A stretch of 64,000 nucleotides of DNA from Eledone cirrhosa (Eukaryota), in NCBI GenBank assembly GCA_964016885.1, contig OZ024742.1:293074001-293138000 (forward strand). The letters are read 5' to 3'. Of this stretch, positions 43,245 through 55,119 are shown piece by piece (positions within the stretch are counted from its first letter, which is position 1; the number at the start of each line of letters is the position of its first letter). Made by a program: the position numbers and the translations under genes. Below the pieces are notes generated by a model. That model was not told the origin of the DNA, did no database searches, and saw only the letters and a list, made by a program, of their open reading frames with translations.

Positions 43245-43397
43245 TCAAATCTCCATATTGTCAAGAATGGCATCATTAACCAATTTTCTCTTAGCAACTT
43301 GTTTTCCATTTTCTCTTCTTATTTGTTGTCTTCTAATAAATAATGGTTTATCTAACATGGAATGGTTTCTCTTCATTTTTTGGCTTCTAATGAGGAA
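43245..43397 (-). CDS. Candidate terminal exon of an unknown host gene
   Basis: ttttttcctcagcttatttcag acceptor, 50 open codons to TGA, AATAAA about 190 bp downstream; no homology recognised. Confidence 0.22.
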   Translation of the reverse strand, partial: FLIRSQKMKRNHSMLDKPLFIRRQQIRRENGKQVAKRKLVNDAILDNMEI

Positions 43398-44371
43398 CTG
43401 AAATAAGCTGAGGAAAAAAGTGTCTTTAACAGTGAGAACAAAATCCTTGTATACTTTTTTCCTTCATATAACTCAAGAATACATTGATTCCTACATTTGT
43501 CAAGTCAATTAAGGAACCTCTACACAAGTCGTGAATTGGCTTTACAGGTGTCCAATTGGCAGAGCCATTGGATTCATCATCATCATCATCATATAACATT
43601 TACCTTCCACACTGGCATGGGTTAAACGGATTGTCATGGTCTGAGATTTGACAGGTCAAAGAGACCTCATCTTGCTGATACATTCTATATTTAGCATGGT
43701 TTCTACAGCTGGAAGTTCTTCCTAACACTATCCATCTTCAGAATGTATTGTGTAAATGGTACCAGCATTACCACTTTAATGAGTGGATTGGTTGCACTTT
43801 AACATGGCATCAAGGCTAAAGAGGTTGACGTAAGCATGACCAAACTGAAGAGTCCTCTCTAATCTATATTGTCTCCATTTGATTTGATCACCAACCACAT
43901 TATAGTCTGAACTGCATGGAGTATGGTACAGAATACTTTGTAGTATTTGTTCTGGCTTTCTACATTCTGAACTGAAATGCTAATAAAGTCAACTTTGCCT
44001 TTCATCCAATCTGAGTCAATAAAATAATGTACTAGTTCAATGGTAGACTGATATACTTATTAGAGCATTGTTAGATCCTGTGTTTGATATGACAGTTATG
44101 TTCTGCTCTTTGTGCTTCACTTAATTTGTGGCGAATTGGCAGTTATTAGAGCAGAAGACAAAATGCTTATAGTATTTATTCCGGCTCCTTGAACACAGAG
44201 TTCAAATGCTGCTGAGGTCAACTTTGCCTTTCATCCATTCAAGGTCGATAAAAAAGTACCAGTCAAGTACTGGAGTCAATTACTTCCTCTATATCACTTT
44301 CTCACTTTCATTCTCTCACATTCTCTATCCTTCTCTGGAAGAAATCTGCTATATTCATCATTATCATCATT

Positions 44372-44419
<48 letters not shown>

Positions 44420-44848
44420 GTCGTCATCATCATTGCCATCACCATCATCATCAGCTAACTATATCTTATTCACACATTCCATTTTGGTATGATTTCTACA
44501 GTTGGGTGCCCTTCCTAATGCCAATCACTTTACAGCATGTAGCAGGTACATTTTATTGTGGCACCAACACTACCACTTTATAGAGTGGATTGAGTGCATT
44601 TTATCAATGTCACCAGTTCTATCACTTTACAGGGTATACTGTGTATATTAGTTCAACCACTTCACATTAAATATTTCCAACTAAGGAAATTAAAAAATTA
44701 TGAGATAAGACTGAGAATAACCAGGTTGTCTCAGAGATAAAGCAATAAAAATATGTTTATAATATATAACCTGTCTAACTCAAACCAGTGTGACAAATAG
44801 ACATAAAAGGATGATGATGATTATGATGACATTTTAGATTGATAAAAG

Positions 44849-44938
44849 TTCTTCTTCTTCTTCTTCTTCTTCTTCTTCTTCTTCTTCTTCTTCTTCTTCT
44901 TCTTCTTCTTCTTCTTCTTCTTCTTCTTCTTCTTCTTC
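44849..44938. repeat. (TTC)n microsatellite
   Basis: Directly visible. Confidence 0.95.
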
Positions 44939-46121
44939 CAACTCACACTTATGTAGGTTCAGCTGGCCTCCAATGTCGTTACATCTCATAAATTTCTTGG
45001 AAGTTTTAATGACTATCCTGCCACCACTTTTCTGATGACAAAAGTAAAGAATTTGAACACTCAGAACAAATACTGATGCATTAACAGCTTCACTATTCAA
45101 CCACCCAAGACTAGAACTTTATTTATTGACCGTGAAAGATGATCTCATTGGGATTTGAACTCAGAGAACTGGAACAAAATCAGGGATTTTAACTGATATG
45201 AATGTGTGTGGTGCAGTAAATACATATATATATATACATATACACCAGGTCCGAGCACAAAGGAACTAAACTCCCAGTCACTGCCTCCATCTCTGCCGCT
45301 CTCCCCAACTCTCACTACCCATGAGCAAATGTGGGCCCACGTGCTGTCACAAGACATTTAATCTGAAGTTCTAATGACTATGCTAATTCACCACCTCATT
45401 TATTTGGCTGAATGAGGGGGGGGGGGTCAAATAGGAGGAAGATATTTCCTGGAGAGTTATGAATTGTAAACCCTAATCTTAGTATTTCATCTATCAAGTC
45501 ACAACTTTCTTACTACAAGGTATTAGCTGAGTGAACAATAAAGAATGCAGAACATGGTTTGACTTAATTGCTAAACATTTGGAATTTCAAGGAAATGTAA
45601 AAGAAGCTTTGAAATCAACGCTTTGTCATTAGAGTTTCTGGCTTACTTGTCAATAATTTCTGATGGTGTGGAGTAACGAACATTGTTGAACTAAACTGAA
45701 CTAAATACTATCATACTTCCACACTAACATCAACACCCTGTTTAACAGCTGTTTTTCTTTACATGATGGTATGGAAAGCATGTTCATGCTTAGAAAAATA
45801 TGTATCAAAAAGTAAAGAAAAATGGAAGGAATTTACACCAATTAAAGATGGTAATTGTAAAAGATGTAAACAGAATTGGAAGAGATAAGGTGTTACTTTG
45901 GATTAGAAAATTGAAAAATAGAAAAATATAAACATTATCTTGCATGTAAAAATAGATCCATAACTCATTCTTCTTCTTCTTCTTCTTCTTCTTCTTCGAA
46001 TGATTTATGCTGATGAAAGAGTTCTGTTCATGAGAGATACCTAACATTTATCTGTGATGTGTGTGTGTGTGTGGCGGGGATGATATTAAATATCACTTCA
46101 GTAAATAACAGAAGGAAGAAA

Positions 46122-46260
<139 letters not shown>

Positions 46261-46309
46261 TGTGGTACTGAGACCAAGGAGACCACTAATCATGGGAATA
46301 CTGAATGCA

Positions 46310-47885
46310 TGGGGAGATGCAATTTCCAGCCTTTTTAATGGTGGTTGGCTATCTTTAACTAGATCAGATAACAACACAATATCATCTACAAAATATGTAT
46401 CTGTTATTGTTTTAGTTAAATGTCTTGATTCACTTCCTTTGGTGAATGTAAATCTGATTGGTCAGATGTGGGAATTCTCATTGTATAATCTCATGCTATA
46501 ATGAAAAGGTAGGGTGCCAGGGTGTTTCTTTGGAGCAAAATCCAAAAATAAAAATAAAAACTGTGTCACCATCTGGCAAGAGTACTTGGGCCATTGTGTC
46601 CTTATAAATAATATTGGTTTCTGATTTAGGCACAAGGCCAACAATTTTGGGGTGAGGGAAAGTCGATTAAATCGACCCCAGTGCATTACTGGTACTTTAT
46701 TTTATCGACCCCATAATGATGAAAGGCAAAACTAACCTTGGCGGAATTTGAACTCAGAACTTAACGAGGCGTAACTACATGCCACAAACCATATTGTCTG
46801 ACTCTCTACCAACACTACCAGGCCATTATGTCTTTATAAAGAATAATGACAACATTTACAATTATCTCTAAAATGTCATATGATTTTAAAAGCCACATTA
46901 GTTTTTCATGATGAATCATATCAAAAGCTTTTCTGAAATTCACAAATGTTAGATTTGCTTTCAGATTATAATTTCTTACTCACTCCAACAATCTACATAA
47001 AGAAAGAATTTGTGCTTTAGTTGAGTGATTTGGCTGAAATTCATTCTGGGTGTTTCTGAGGATTAGTTCCAAGTGAGGTTTTATTCTTTGTAGTAGCATC
47101 TTGTAGTAAAGTTTTTCACAGAGGTTACTAATAAAATTACACTTTTATAAGGTTATCCCTTTTCAGAATCAGACAATGCCACATTTCACCCATATGTTTG
47201 GTCTGTCGCTGTTTAATATCTTGTTGCAGGCATTCAACAAGGGCTTTAAGAGGACATCAGTTTTCCAAACCTCAAATGGAATGTTGTCTAATACAGCGGC
47301 TTTGTTATTTGCAAAAAATGTTATGCCTCTTCAAGTTCTTTTCTTGAGAAATTGGCTGTATTTGTTAAGAAAGCTTCATCCACAACTTATTAAATTGGTG
47401 TTTTAGTGATGTCAAGATTGAGGGTTTGCTTTTATCTCCCTCTGTTTGAGCCTTTTCGTCATTGTTATTTCATTAATGGTGTTCCAAACAATTTTGTATT
47501 TTTGTTGTTTTCAGGCTTTACAAATGTCTTCTGTTTTCTCCTTGATATAAATTTCTTGTCCTTGCTCATAAACATCACTTAGGGCACTTTTAGCTTCATG
47601 CAGGTCTCTGTTAGTTGAACAATTAGGTCTGGTCATGTTTGCATGGAATGTCATTCTTAGTTTATCTCTCTCGATTTTTGTCATTTTCCCATAGTATCCT
47701 TGTCTTCTATTTCACCTTTTGTGGACATGTTTTTCTATAGTTTCTGTATAGACTTTCATCATGTTGTTGTAAATAGAATCTGCAATTTTGTCACTGGTCT
47801 CAGATTTCAAGGTTTGTAATCTGTTCTTGACTTCTACTGTGTACATATTTACTTGTTGATCATTAATCAGTCCATTGCAGATTTA
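46310..47885 (-). pseudogene. Old decayed LINE RT (RTE/RTE-X-like), interrupted by a SINE
   Basis: KAAVLDNIPFEVWK, ILRNTQNEFQP, FVNFRKAFD, TLAPYLFII and ITDTYFVDDIVLL on the minus strand, with stops and frameshifts. Confidence 0.8.
46609..46820 (-). mobile_element. Nin-domain SINE S2 with 20-bp TSD
   Basis: ggccattgtgtccttataaa (46589-46608) and ggccattatgtctttataaa (46821-46840). Confidence 0.8.
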
Positions 47886-48191
47886 AACCCTCAGTTATTA
47901 CTGGTACACATTTTCAGCTGAGTATACCGGAGCAATATAAAATGAAGAATGCAATACACAATGCAGTCAAGGAATCAAACCCACAACATCATGATCATAA
48001 GTTCAACTCCCTTACCACTAAGCCACAATGACAATGATATAAATATATATTCAGTTCTTCAGCCACAATGTAAATATCCTATCATCCTATCTGTAAAACA
48101 TCTCAAAAATGTTTCACCAAAGCAGTGTTTCCATTGCAACCAATATTTCAGAAATATTTTTATATACAAAAATAACATTGTATGAACATGG

Positions 48192-48222
<31 letters not shown>

Positions 48223-48429
48223 GTTTTGTTGTTTTCTCAACTGAAATCCTCTGAATTAATGTGGTTGGAACATCATCCCTTGAGGCATATATATCATATT
48301 TGTGTCAGATAACACAACATATGATATGTTGCTCTCTTTGTTCCTCTTATACATTTGCTCTTTCTCTCTTTTAGTTTGTTATACTCTGTTGCTCTTTCTG
48401 TCTCTCTGTTGCTCTGTCTAATGTTGTAT

Positions 48430-48432
48430 GTC

Positions 48433-48463
<31 letters not shown>

Positions 48464-48595
48464 GTTCTCTCTTACACGCTCTCTTATAGCACACACACAC
48501 ACACACTCATGCACACCCACCCACATGCACTCACACACACACAAATACACATTCTTTTTCTCTCACACTTACACACACACTCACAGACACACTTA

Positions 48596-48678
<83 letters not shown>

Positions 48679-49220
48679 TCACACACACTCACACACACAC
48701 ACACTCACACACATTCTTTATCTCTCTCTCTCACACACTCACACACTCACAGACACACTTACTCTTTCTCACACACGCACACACGCGCACACACTCACAC
48801 ACACATTCTTGCTCTCTCTCTCTCTCCCACTCACACACACACAGACACACTCTCTCTCTCTCACACATACATTCTTGCTCTCTCTCACACACACTCACAC
48901 ACACACAGACACACTCTCTCTCTCACACACATACATTCTTGCTCTCTCTCACACACACACACACAAGCACACACGCACACACACTCACACACACATTCTT
49001 GCTCTCTCTCTCTCTCACACTCACACACACACAGACACACACTCTCTCTCTCACACATACATTCTTGCTCTCTCTCACACACACTCACACACACACACTC
49101 TCTCTCTCACACACATACATTCTTGCTCTCTCTCACACACACTCACACACACACAGACACTCTCTCTCACACACACATACCCCCACCCCGCACACCCCTA
49201 CACACAGACACACTCACACA
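48430..49220. repeat. (CT)n/(CA)n compound minisatellite
   Basis: Recurrent acattcttgctctctctcacacac unit. Confidence 0.9.
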
Positions 49221-49441
49221 CAGGTTGACATGCCCTCTGTTGCTCTGTGTTTTTCTTTTGGCTTGTATTCTAAACTCCTCAACATATGTTATGTACAGGT
49301 TTAATACTCAACATGTTAGCCACACTCAGTTATGTCACTAACATAGACCACAGAAATGATTCCTGTTTAGATTAGACATGCCACAGCAATTATTATGATG
49401 AAAGTTGAAATATTAGATTTTATTTCACACACACTCACACA

Positions 49442-49473
<32 letters not shown>

Positions 49474-49919
49474 GAGACCCCCACCCCGCTCTCTCTCTCT
49501 CTCTCTCTCTCTCTCGCTCACATACACCACACACACAAGCACACATACACATACAACATATACAATATATGTGCACATATATACACATACAGGTGCAGAT
49601 ACATAAACATACAGGTGCAGATATACACTCATCTGCACACATCCATATACACACATACAGGTGCAGATACACACATACTACACATGCATGTGCAAGCCTC
49701 TGCATAGTTAGATTACAGTATGCAGACCTTAGATATTTACATCTAGCTGCAGTTGGCATGCAATAACAAATGTGGCAACAGATCAGCACTTTTGCACCAC
49801 CACCCTCTAGCGCAAAATATTTTCCCACACATAACTGTGCAATATGTGCACCAGTAAAATTACCCACAAGCCAGCCATCAAAATATACTTTTTCAGATAC
49901 GTAGATATGCCGACACATG

Positions 49920-50430
49920 GCACCAAAGTGGTAGTGATGGAGCCATGGTAAAATGCACCTAGTATACTCTGTAAAATAGTAGTGTTGGTGTAATGACACA
50001 CTACATTCAGTTCACTTTGTATGTGATAGTACTGGAGCCATGAGACAATACGTCCAGTACACTCTGTAAAGTGGTAATTGTTGCTGGTGCAACAATAAAT
50101 TTCACCTAGTACATACTCTAATGTGGTAGTATTGGTGCCATGATAAAATTCCCCTAGTACATGCTGCAAAATGGTAGTATTGGTGCCATGGTAAAATACA
50201 CCTAATACATGCAGTAAAGTTGTAGTATTGATGACATAACATGCACCTAGTACATACTGTAAAGTTGTAGTGCTGGTGACATGATAACATGCACCTGATA
50301 CATGCTGTAAAGTGGTAGTGCTGAAGCCATGATAAGATACACCCAGTACATGCTGGAAAGTGTTAGTGCTGATGTAATGATAAAATACACCCAGTATACT
50401 CTGTAAAATGGGAGTGTTAGTGCTATAATA
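49920..50430 (+). repeat. Degenerate tandem array, about 11 units of ~47 bp, related to the R2 3' UTR repeat
   Basis: Unit aaagtggtagtg.tggtgccatg.taaaatgcacc.agtacat.ctgt resembles aaagtggtcgtggaggtgccacggcaaaaaagcacccagcccacactgt. Confidence 0.75.
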
Positions 50431-50584
50431 TAACTACTTTTTCCTATAATAGACATGTTACTATATTTTTTCCTTCACTATATAATATACAATATCATCA
50501 ACATTTTATGCCTGGTATACATTATATCCTATATGTAGCTTGGTTTCTACAGCTACATGCCCTTCCTAATGTCAATCTCTTTAA

Positions 50585-50810
50585 CCCTTTAGCATTTACA
50601 TTACTCTCTATATACTATTGTATTTTACAGTAAAGGCTTTATCTTACATAATTATCTCACATAATATCGAATCTACAAGATTTTGATGTTGTTATTATTT
50701 ATTTTGAGGACAATACTTTAACGTTGGTATAATTGGCCAGTTATAGCCGGTTTGAACAGAAAGAGGTGAAAGAATTCTGGCCAGATAAAGCCAGTTTAAA
50801 TGCTAAAGGG
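50585..50810. mobile_element. piggyBac-type MITE
   Basis: TTAA TSD; ccctttagcattt/aaatgctaaaggg TIRs. Confidence 0.85.
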
Positions 50811-50896
50811 TTAAAGGACGTACTGAGTGCATTTTATCATGGTACCAACGCAACTACTTTACACATATACATACACATATACATACACATGCACAC

Positions 50897-51485
50897 GGTG
50901 GCTGCCAACTCGTTTTCGAGTACGGCCACTACTTTATATCCATGTAGGAGAACCCCTACCAATGGGCTGAACGAGTGTGATTTTTAGTCCAGCCAGCGAC
51001 TTGAAAACTCTGGTACAAACACTACACTTGTGACAATTATTGACACATAATGCTGGGCCCATGGTACCATGTGACGACAAGTGCAGAGAGATCTCCAGAT
51101 ATAAAGCAATGCCTGTGCCGTGAAGCTTTTATAGTGAGCAAAGGCACTGCACAAAGCCAGTCCCACTCTCTTAACCAAGATGATATTTACCAAAAAGAAG
51201 AACAAGTCAACATCATTGGATACCATCAGGGTTGCAGGTGTTATATCAGAGTTTTCCTTCTCCTAGAATTCTGCCTTGACAAAGGCTAAGGGGTCATCTC
51301 TCCCAGTGATTTTGGATGGCCATTGACTCTTAAGAGCTCCTTTGCCCTTTGACAGGTTTTGTTTTTAGTCCTGCAGGATGTTCAAAGTCACCCTCCTCAC
51401 CAAGAAACCTTGGTAGGGTTGCCAGTTTAGTCGCCAACGACCCGACCATGAGACAGGTTGTACTGGGATACATGTTACCAGACGC
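50897..51485 (-). mobile_element. Bipartite non-autonomous RTE derivative (5' UTR fused to last zinc finger and 3' end)
   Basis: 51110-51315 aligns to R1 5' UTR 3875-4100; CSVCTRVFKSLAGLK matches finger 3; end ggccgtactcgaaaacgagttggcagccacc matches 7980-8010. Confidence 0.8.
51422..51477 (-). ncRNA. Degenerate HDV-like ribozyme
   Basis: P2 ccagt/actgg, P4 tcg-ttgg-cga, C-TAA J4/2, CC/GG P1.1; P1 and P3 imperfect. Confidence 0.45.
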
Positions 51486-51853
51486 ACACACACACATATA
51501 TATATGCAGTAATACAGAAGACATCTTCCCATGTACACAGACTCAAACATACATCTAGTAGGCACTTCTTAACCACTATATCCCATCCGCCCACATCTGT
51601 CCACACCACCCTTACACTGTGGACAAAATATACCCAGCCCATACTGTCAAGTGGTCATGTAGGTGTCACGACAAATAACACCCAGACTATACTGTAAATG
51701 TAGTTGGCATTAGGAAGGGCATCCACCTGTACAAACCTAGCCAGAAATTGTTCTATATGAGTCAGACAGTCACCTGACCAAACTTGCCTCAAATGGGACA
51801 ACCCATCTAACCCATGCCATCGTGAAAAATGGATGTTAAACGATGATGAAATA

Positions 51854-52241
51854 TCATCATCATCATCATTTTTACGTCCGTTTTTTCCTTGCTTGCAAGG
51901 GTGGGACGGGAACTGATTCTGGCTTGATTTCTACAGCTGGATGCCCTTCCTAACACCAACCTCATTTACAGTTAGCGTTGGGTGCTTTTTTTCTGTGGCG
52001 CCTCCACATCCACTTTACAGTGTGGGCTGTGTGCTTTTTTGCCATGGCACCTCCACGACCACTTTGCAGTGGAATGATAGGTACCCCAGTCCTATCATCT
52101 CATTTTTACAGCTGAGTAAACTGGAGCAATGTGAAATAAAGTGTCTTGCTCAAGGAAACAACACCCCACCCGGTCTGAGAATTGAACTCACAACCTTTCG
52201 ATTGCAAGCCCAATGCTCTAACCACTAAGCCATGTGCCTCC
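51854..52241 (-). mobile_element. SINE S1, full length
   Basis: Reverse-complement homologue of 34382-34759. Confidence 0.9.
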
Positions 52242-52396
52242 ACATATATATATATCATCATCATCATCATCATTTTACGTCTGCTTTTCCCTGCTTGCAA
52301 GGGTGTGTGTGTGTATATATATATATTTATATAAAATATTAAAAAAATAATGAATAAAACAATGAAACAGTTCCTTATATTAAACAAAAAAAGTTC

Positions 52397-52545
52397 ATTA
52401 TTTAACGATCGTTTCTAGGATATATATGTGTTAGAATTGGCATGCATATTCAACAGATCTATGTACAAAATTATACAAAATTATACAAACTATCAAAATT
52501 AAATATACATACCAAACACATATATATGCCGTCTTCAGAAATAAT
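52397..52545 (-). ncRNA. Type I hammerhead with ~115-nt stem II, in pLTR remnant 52330-52560
   Basis: ATTATTT-CTGAAGA-cggcatatatatgtgtt...aacacatatatatccta-GAA-ACGATCGT-T-AAATAAT. Confidence 0.75.
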
Positions 52546-52569
52546 AATAGATTTATCTACATATATATT

Positions 52570-52650
<81 letters not shown>

Positions 52651-52655
<5 letters not shown>

Positions 52656-53071
52656 TAAACGGAATAGAAAATGCTGACAAATTGTTCACAGTTGAAAAAT
52701 GGTTTAATTAGGAATAAAAGAGTATTAGTGATTGTATGGGTTAGTATTCAGTTGTGGTTTTAAGTTTTTACCGGTTGCGCATTTCTAAATGCTTTTCAAA
52801 AATAATTTTGAGATAGAGTGTCCGTGCTGTTTGCTCTGATCTCGAGCAAACAACACGGACACTCTATCTCAAAATTATTTTTCAAAAGCATTTAGAAATA
52901 CGCAACCGGTAAAAACTTAAAAACTTAAAACCACAACTGAATACTAACCCATACAATCACTAATACTCTTTTATTCCTAATTAAACCATTTTTCAACTGT
53001 GAACAATTTGTCAGCATTTTCTATTCCGTTTACCAATATATAATAACTTGTGTGTTACACCTCTATTCTTT

Positions 53072-53076
<5 letters not shown>
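52651..53076. mobile_element. ~186-bp inverted arms (52651-52836 and 52844-53037) plus tail in (TA)n
   Basis: Near-perfect arms, 7-nt spacer, tail 53041-53075. Confidence 0.8.
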
Positions 53077-53123
<47 letters not shown>

Positions 53124-53157
53124 CATATATATATATACTTATACATATATATATATA

Positions 53158-53427
53158 TCATCATCATCATCATCATCATCATCAGGTTTAGCGTCCGTGT
53201 TCCACGCTTGCATGGGTTTGGACGGGGGTTTTCCCACTTGAGGCAAGAGTGGTTGTCTTGCTCGCATAGGACTGTCTGGCGGGTTTTCTACAGCTGGATG
53301 CCCTTCCTAACACCAACCACATTTACAGTGTGGGGCTGGGAGGTTTTTACCGTGTTGCCTACACGGCCACATTACAGCGTGGACTGTCTGGCGGGTTTTC
53401 TACAGCTGGATGCCCTTCCTAACACCA
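53158..53427 (-). mobile_element. R2B 3' UTR fragment with internal duplication
   Basis: Matches 29180-29380; ggactgtctggcgggttttctacagctggatgcccttcctaacacca occurs twice. Confidence 0.85.
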
Positions 53428-53485
53428 TATATATATATATATATATATATATAGATATATATATACATATATATATATACTTATA

Positions 53486-53517
<32 letters not shown>

Positions 53518-53582
53518 CATATATATATACATATATATATATACTTATACATATATATATATATACTTATACATATATATAA

Positions 53583-53617
<35 letters not shown>

Positions 53618-53949
53618 CTTATATATATATATATATATATATATATACTTATATATATATCATAATCTCTCATCTGGTAATAATAATAATAATGGTTCAC
53701 TGAAGATCAAATCTCACATATTGTTTGGTTTTGGTATTGATCTGCATAAATCAGACAGTGAATAGATCTTGCCTATTTCATTGTAATGTTTTCAATATTC
53801 CAGAGTGGAAACATTTATTGTTTCCAATAAAAAGAGATCTTCCATTGTCATCATTGTCACCTTCGTCACTGTCGTCGTTGTTTTCATCATCATTGACATC
53901 ATCATCATCATCATCACCATTATCATCTTCATCCTCATCATTGCTATTA

Positions 53950-54280
53950 TCATCACCACCACACCACCACCGCCATCACCACCACCACCATCACCACTAC
54001 CACCATCACCACCATCACCACCATCACTGCCATCACCACCATCACCACCACCACTACCACCACCACCACCATCACTGCCATCACCACCACCACCATCACC
54101 ACTACCACCATCACCACCATCACCACCATCACTGCCATCACCACCATCACCACCACCACTACCACCACCACCACCATCACTGCCATCACCACCATCACCA
54201 CCACCACTACCACCATCACTACCACCACTGCCATCACCACCACCATCATCACCACCACCATCACCACCACCACCACATCC
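53950..54280. repeat. (CAC/CAT) triplet minisatellite
   Basis: Directly visible. Confidence 0.9.
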
Positions 54281-54494
54281 AGAGGCAGAGGGTAAGTTAG
54301 TTGGAGGTGGAGGATACTCGTTCGGATGACACTCATTCCCTCTTCTTTCCAGAAGTTATTTTTGGAAAGGAGCTTCTTACATACATAAACACGTCATTAA
54401 GAGAAGTTATAGAAACTCTACCCCTACCATTCTAACTCAATCGCTGTCAGCCAAGCAAGCCCCTATTGTCACATTGTTTTATTTGTCCAAGAGA

Positions 54495-54672
54495 AAGGCA
54501 AAGCCCGATACAATTTGGCATCAGAGAGGTCGCAACTCATTTCCACAGCTGGGAGAACTGGAGCAACGTGAAATAAAGTGTTTTACTCAAGAACACAACA
54601 CACAGCCTGGTCTGGGAATTAAACTCACAACCTCATGATTGGAAGCTAGACAGTCTAACCATTAAGCCATGC
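54495..54672 (-). mobile_element. Older S1-related SINE
   Basis: A/B-box relics and tcttgagtaaaacactttatttcacgttgctccagt. Confidence 0.7.
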
Positions 54673-55119
54673 TCTTTTCAAATTGAAAGACTATCATATT
54701 ACCTTACTCAAATGCCAGCAGCACTAGCATCATCAGCAACACCAGCATCAACCCCCTTACCTCTAACACCATGTCCACCACCATGACCACCTCCTACACC
54801 ACCACTAACAACAAATAACCCCACCATTTCAATGACAAGTACCTCTTGTTTTATCATGCAGTTTATTTCGGAAACTTATTAATTTTCTTCTACTGCTTTA
54901 ACTTTATGTTTGAAAATATTTATTTCTTCAATGCTTGAAATAAAAATATCAATATCCTGGCCTTTCTTTGTTTTAGATGTTTTTTTAAGTTTGCGGCCTT
55001 TTGCTGATAGAAGAACTCAGAGAGAAGGGAGAGGGGTAGAGAGAAAACAATAAAAAAAAAAAAAGGAGACAAAGCCATTTTCTAGTAGAAGAATGACTTT
55101 GAGGGGTACTTGAGAATGG

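Noticed and set aside
49920-50430. CRISPR-like periodicity
   Set aside because: Contiguous degenerate tandem units without unique spacers, eukaryotic context and no cas genes.
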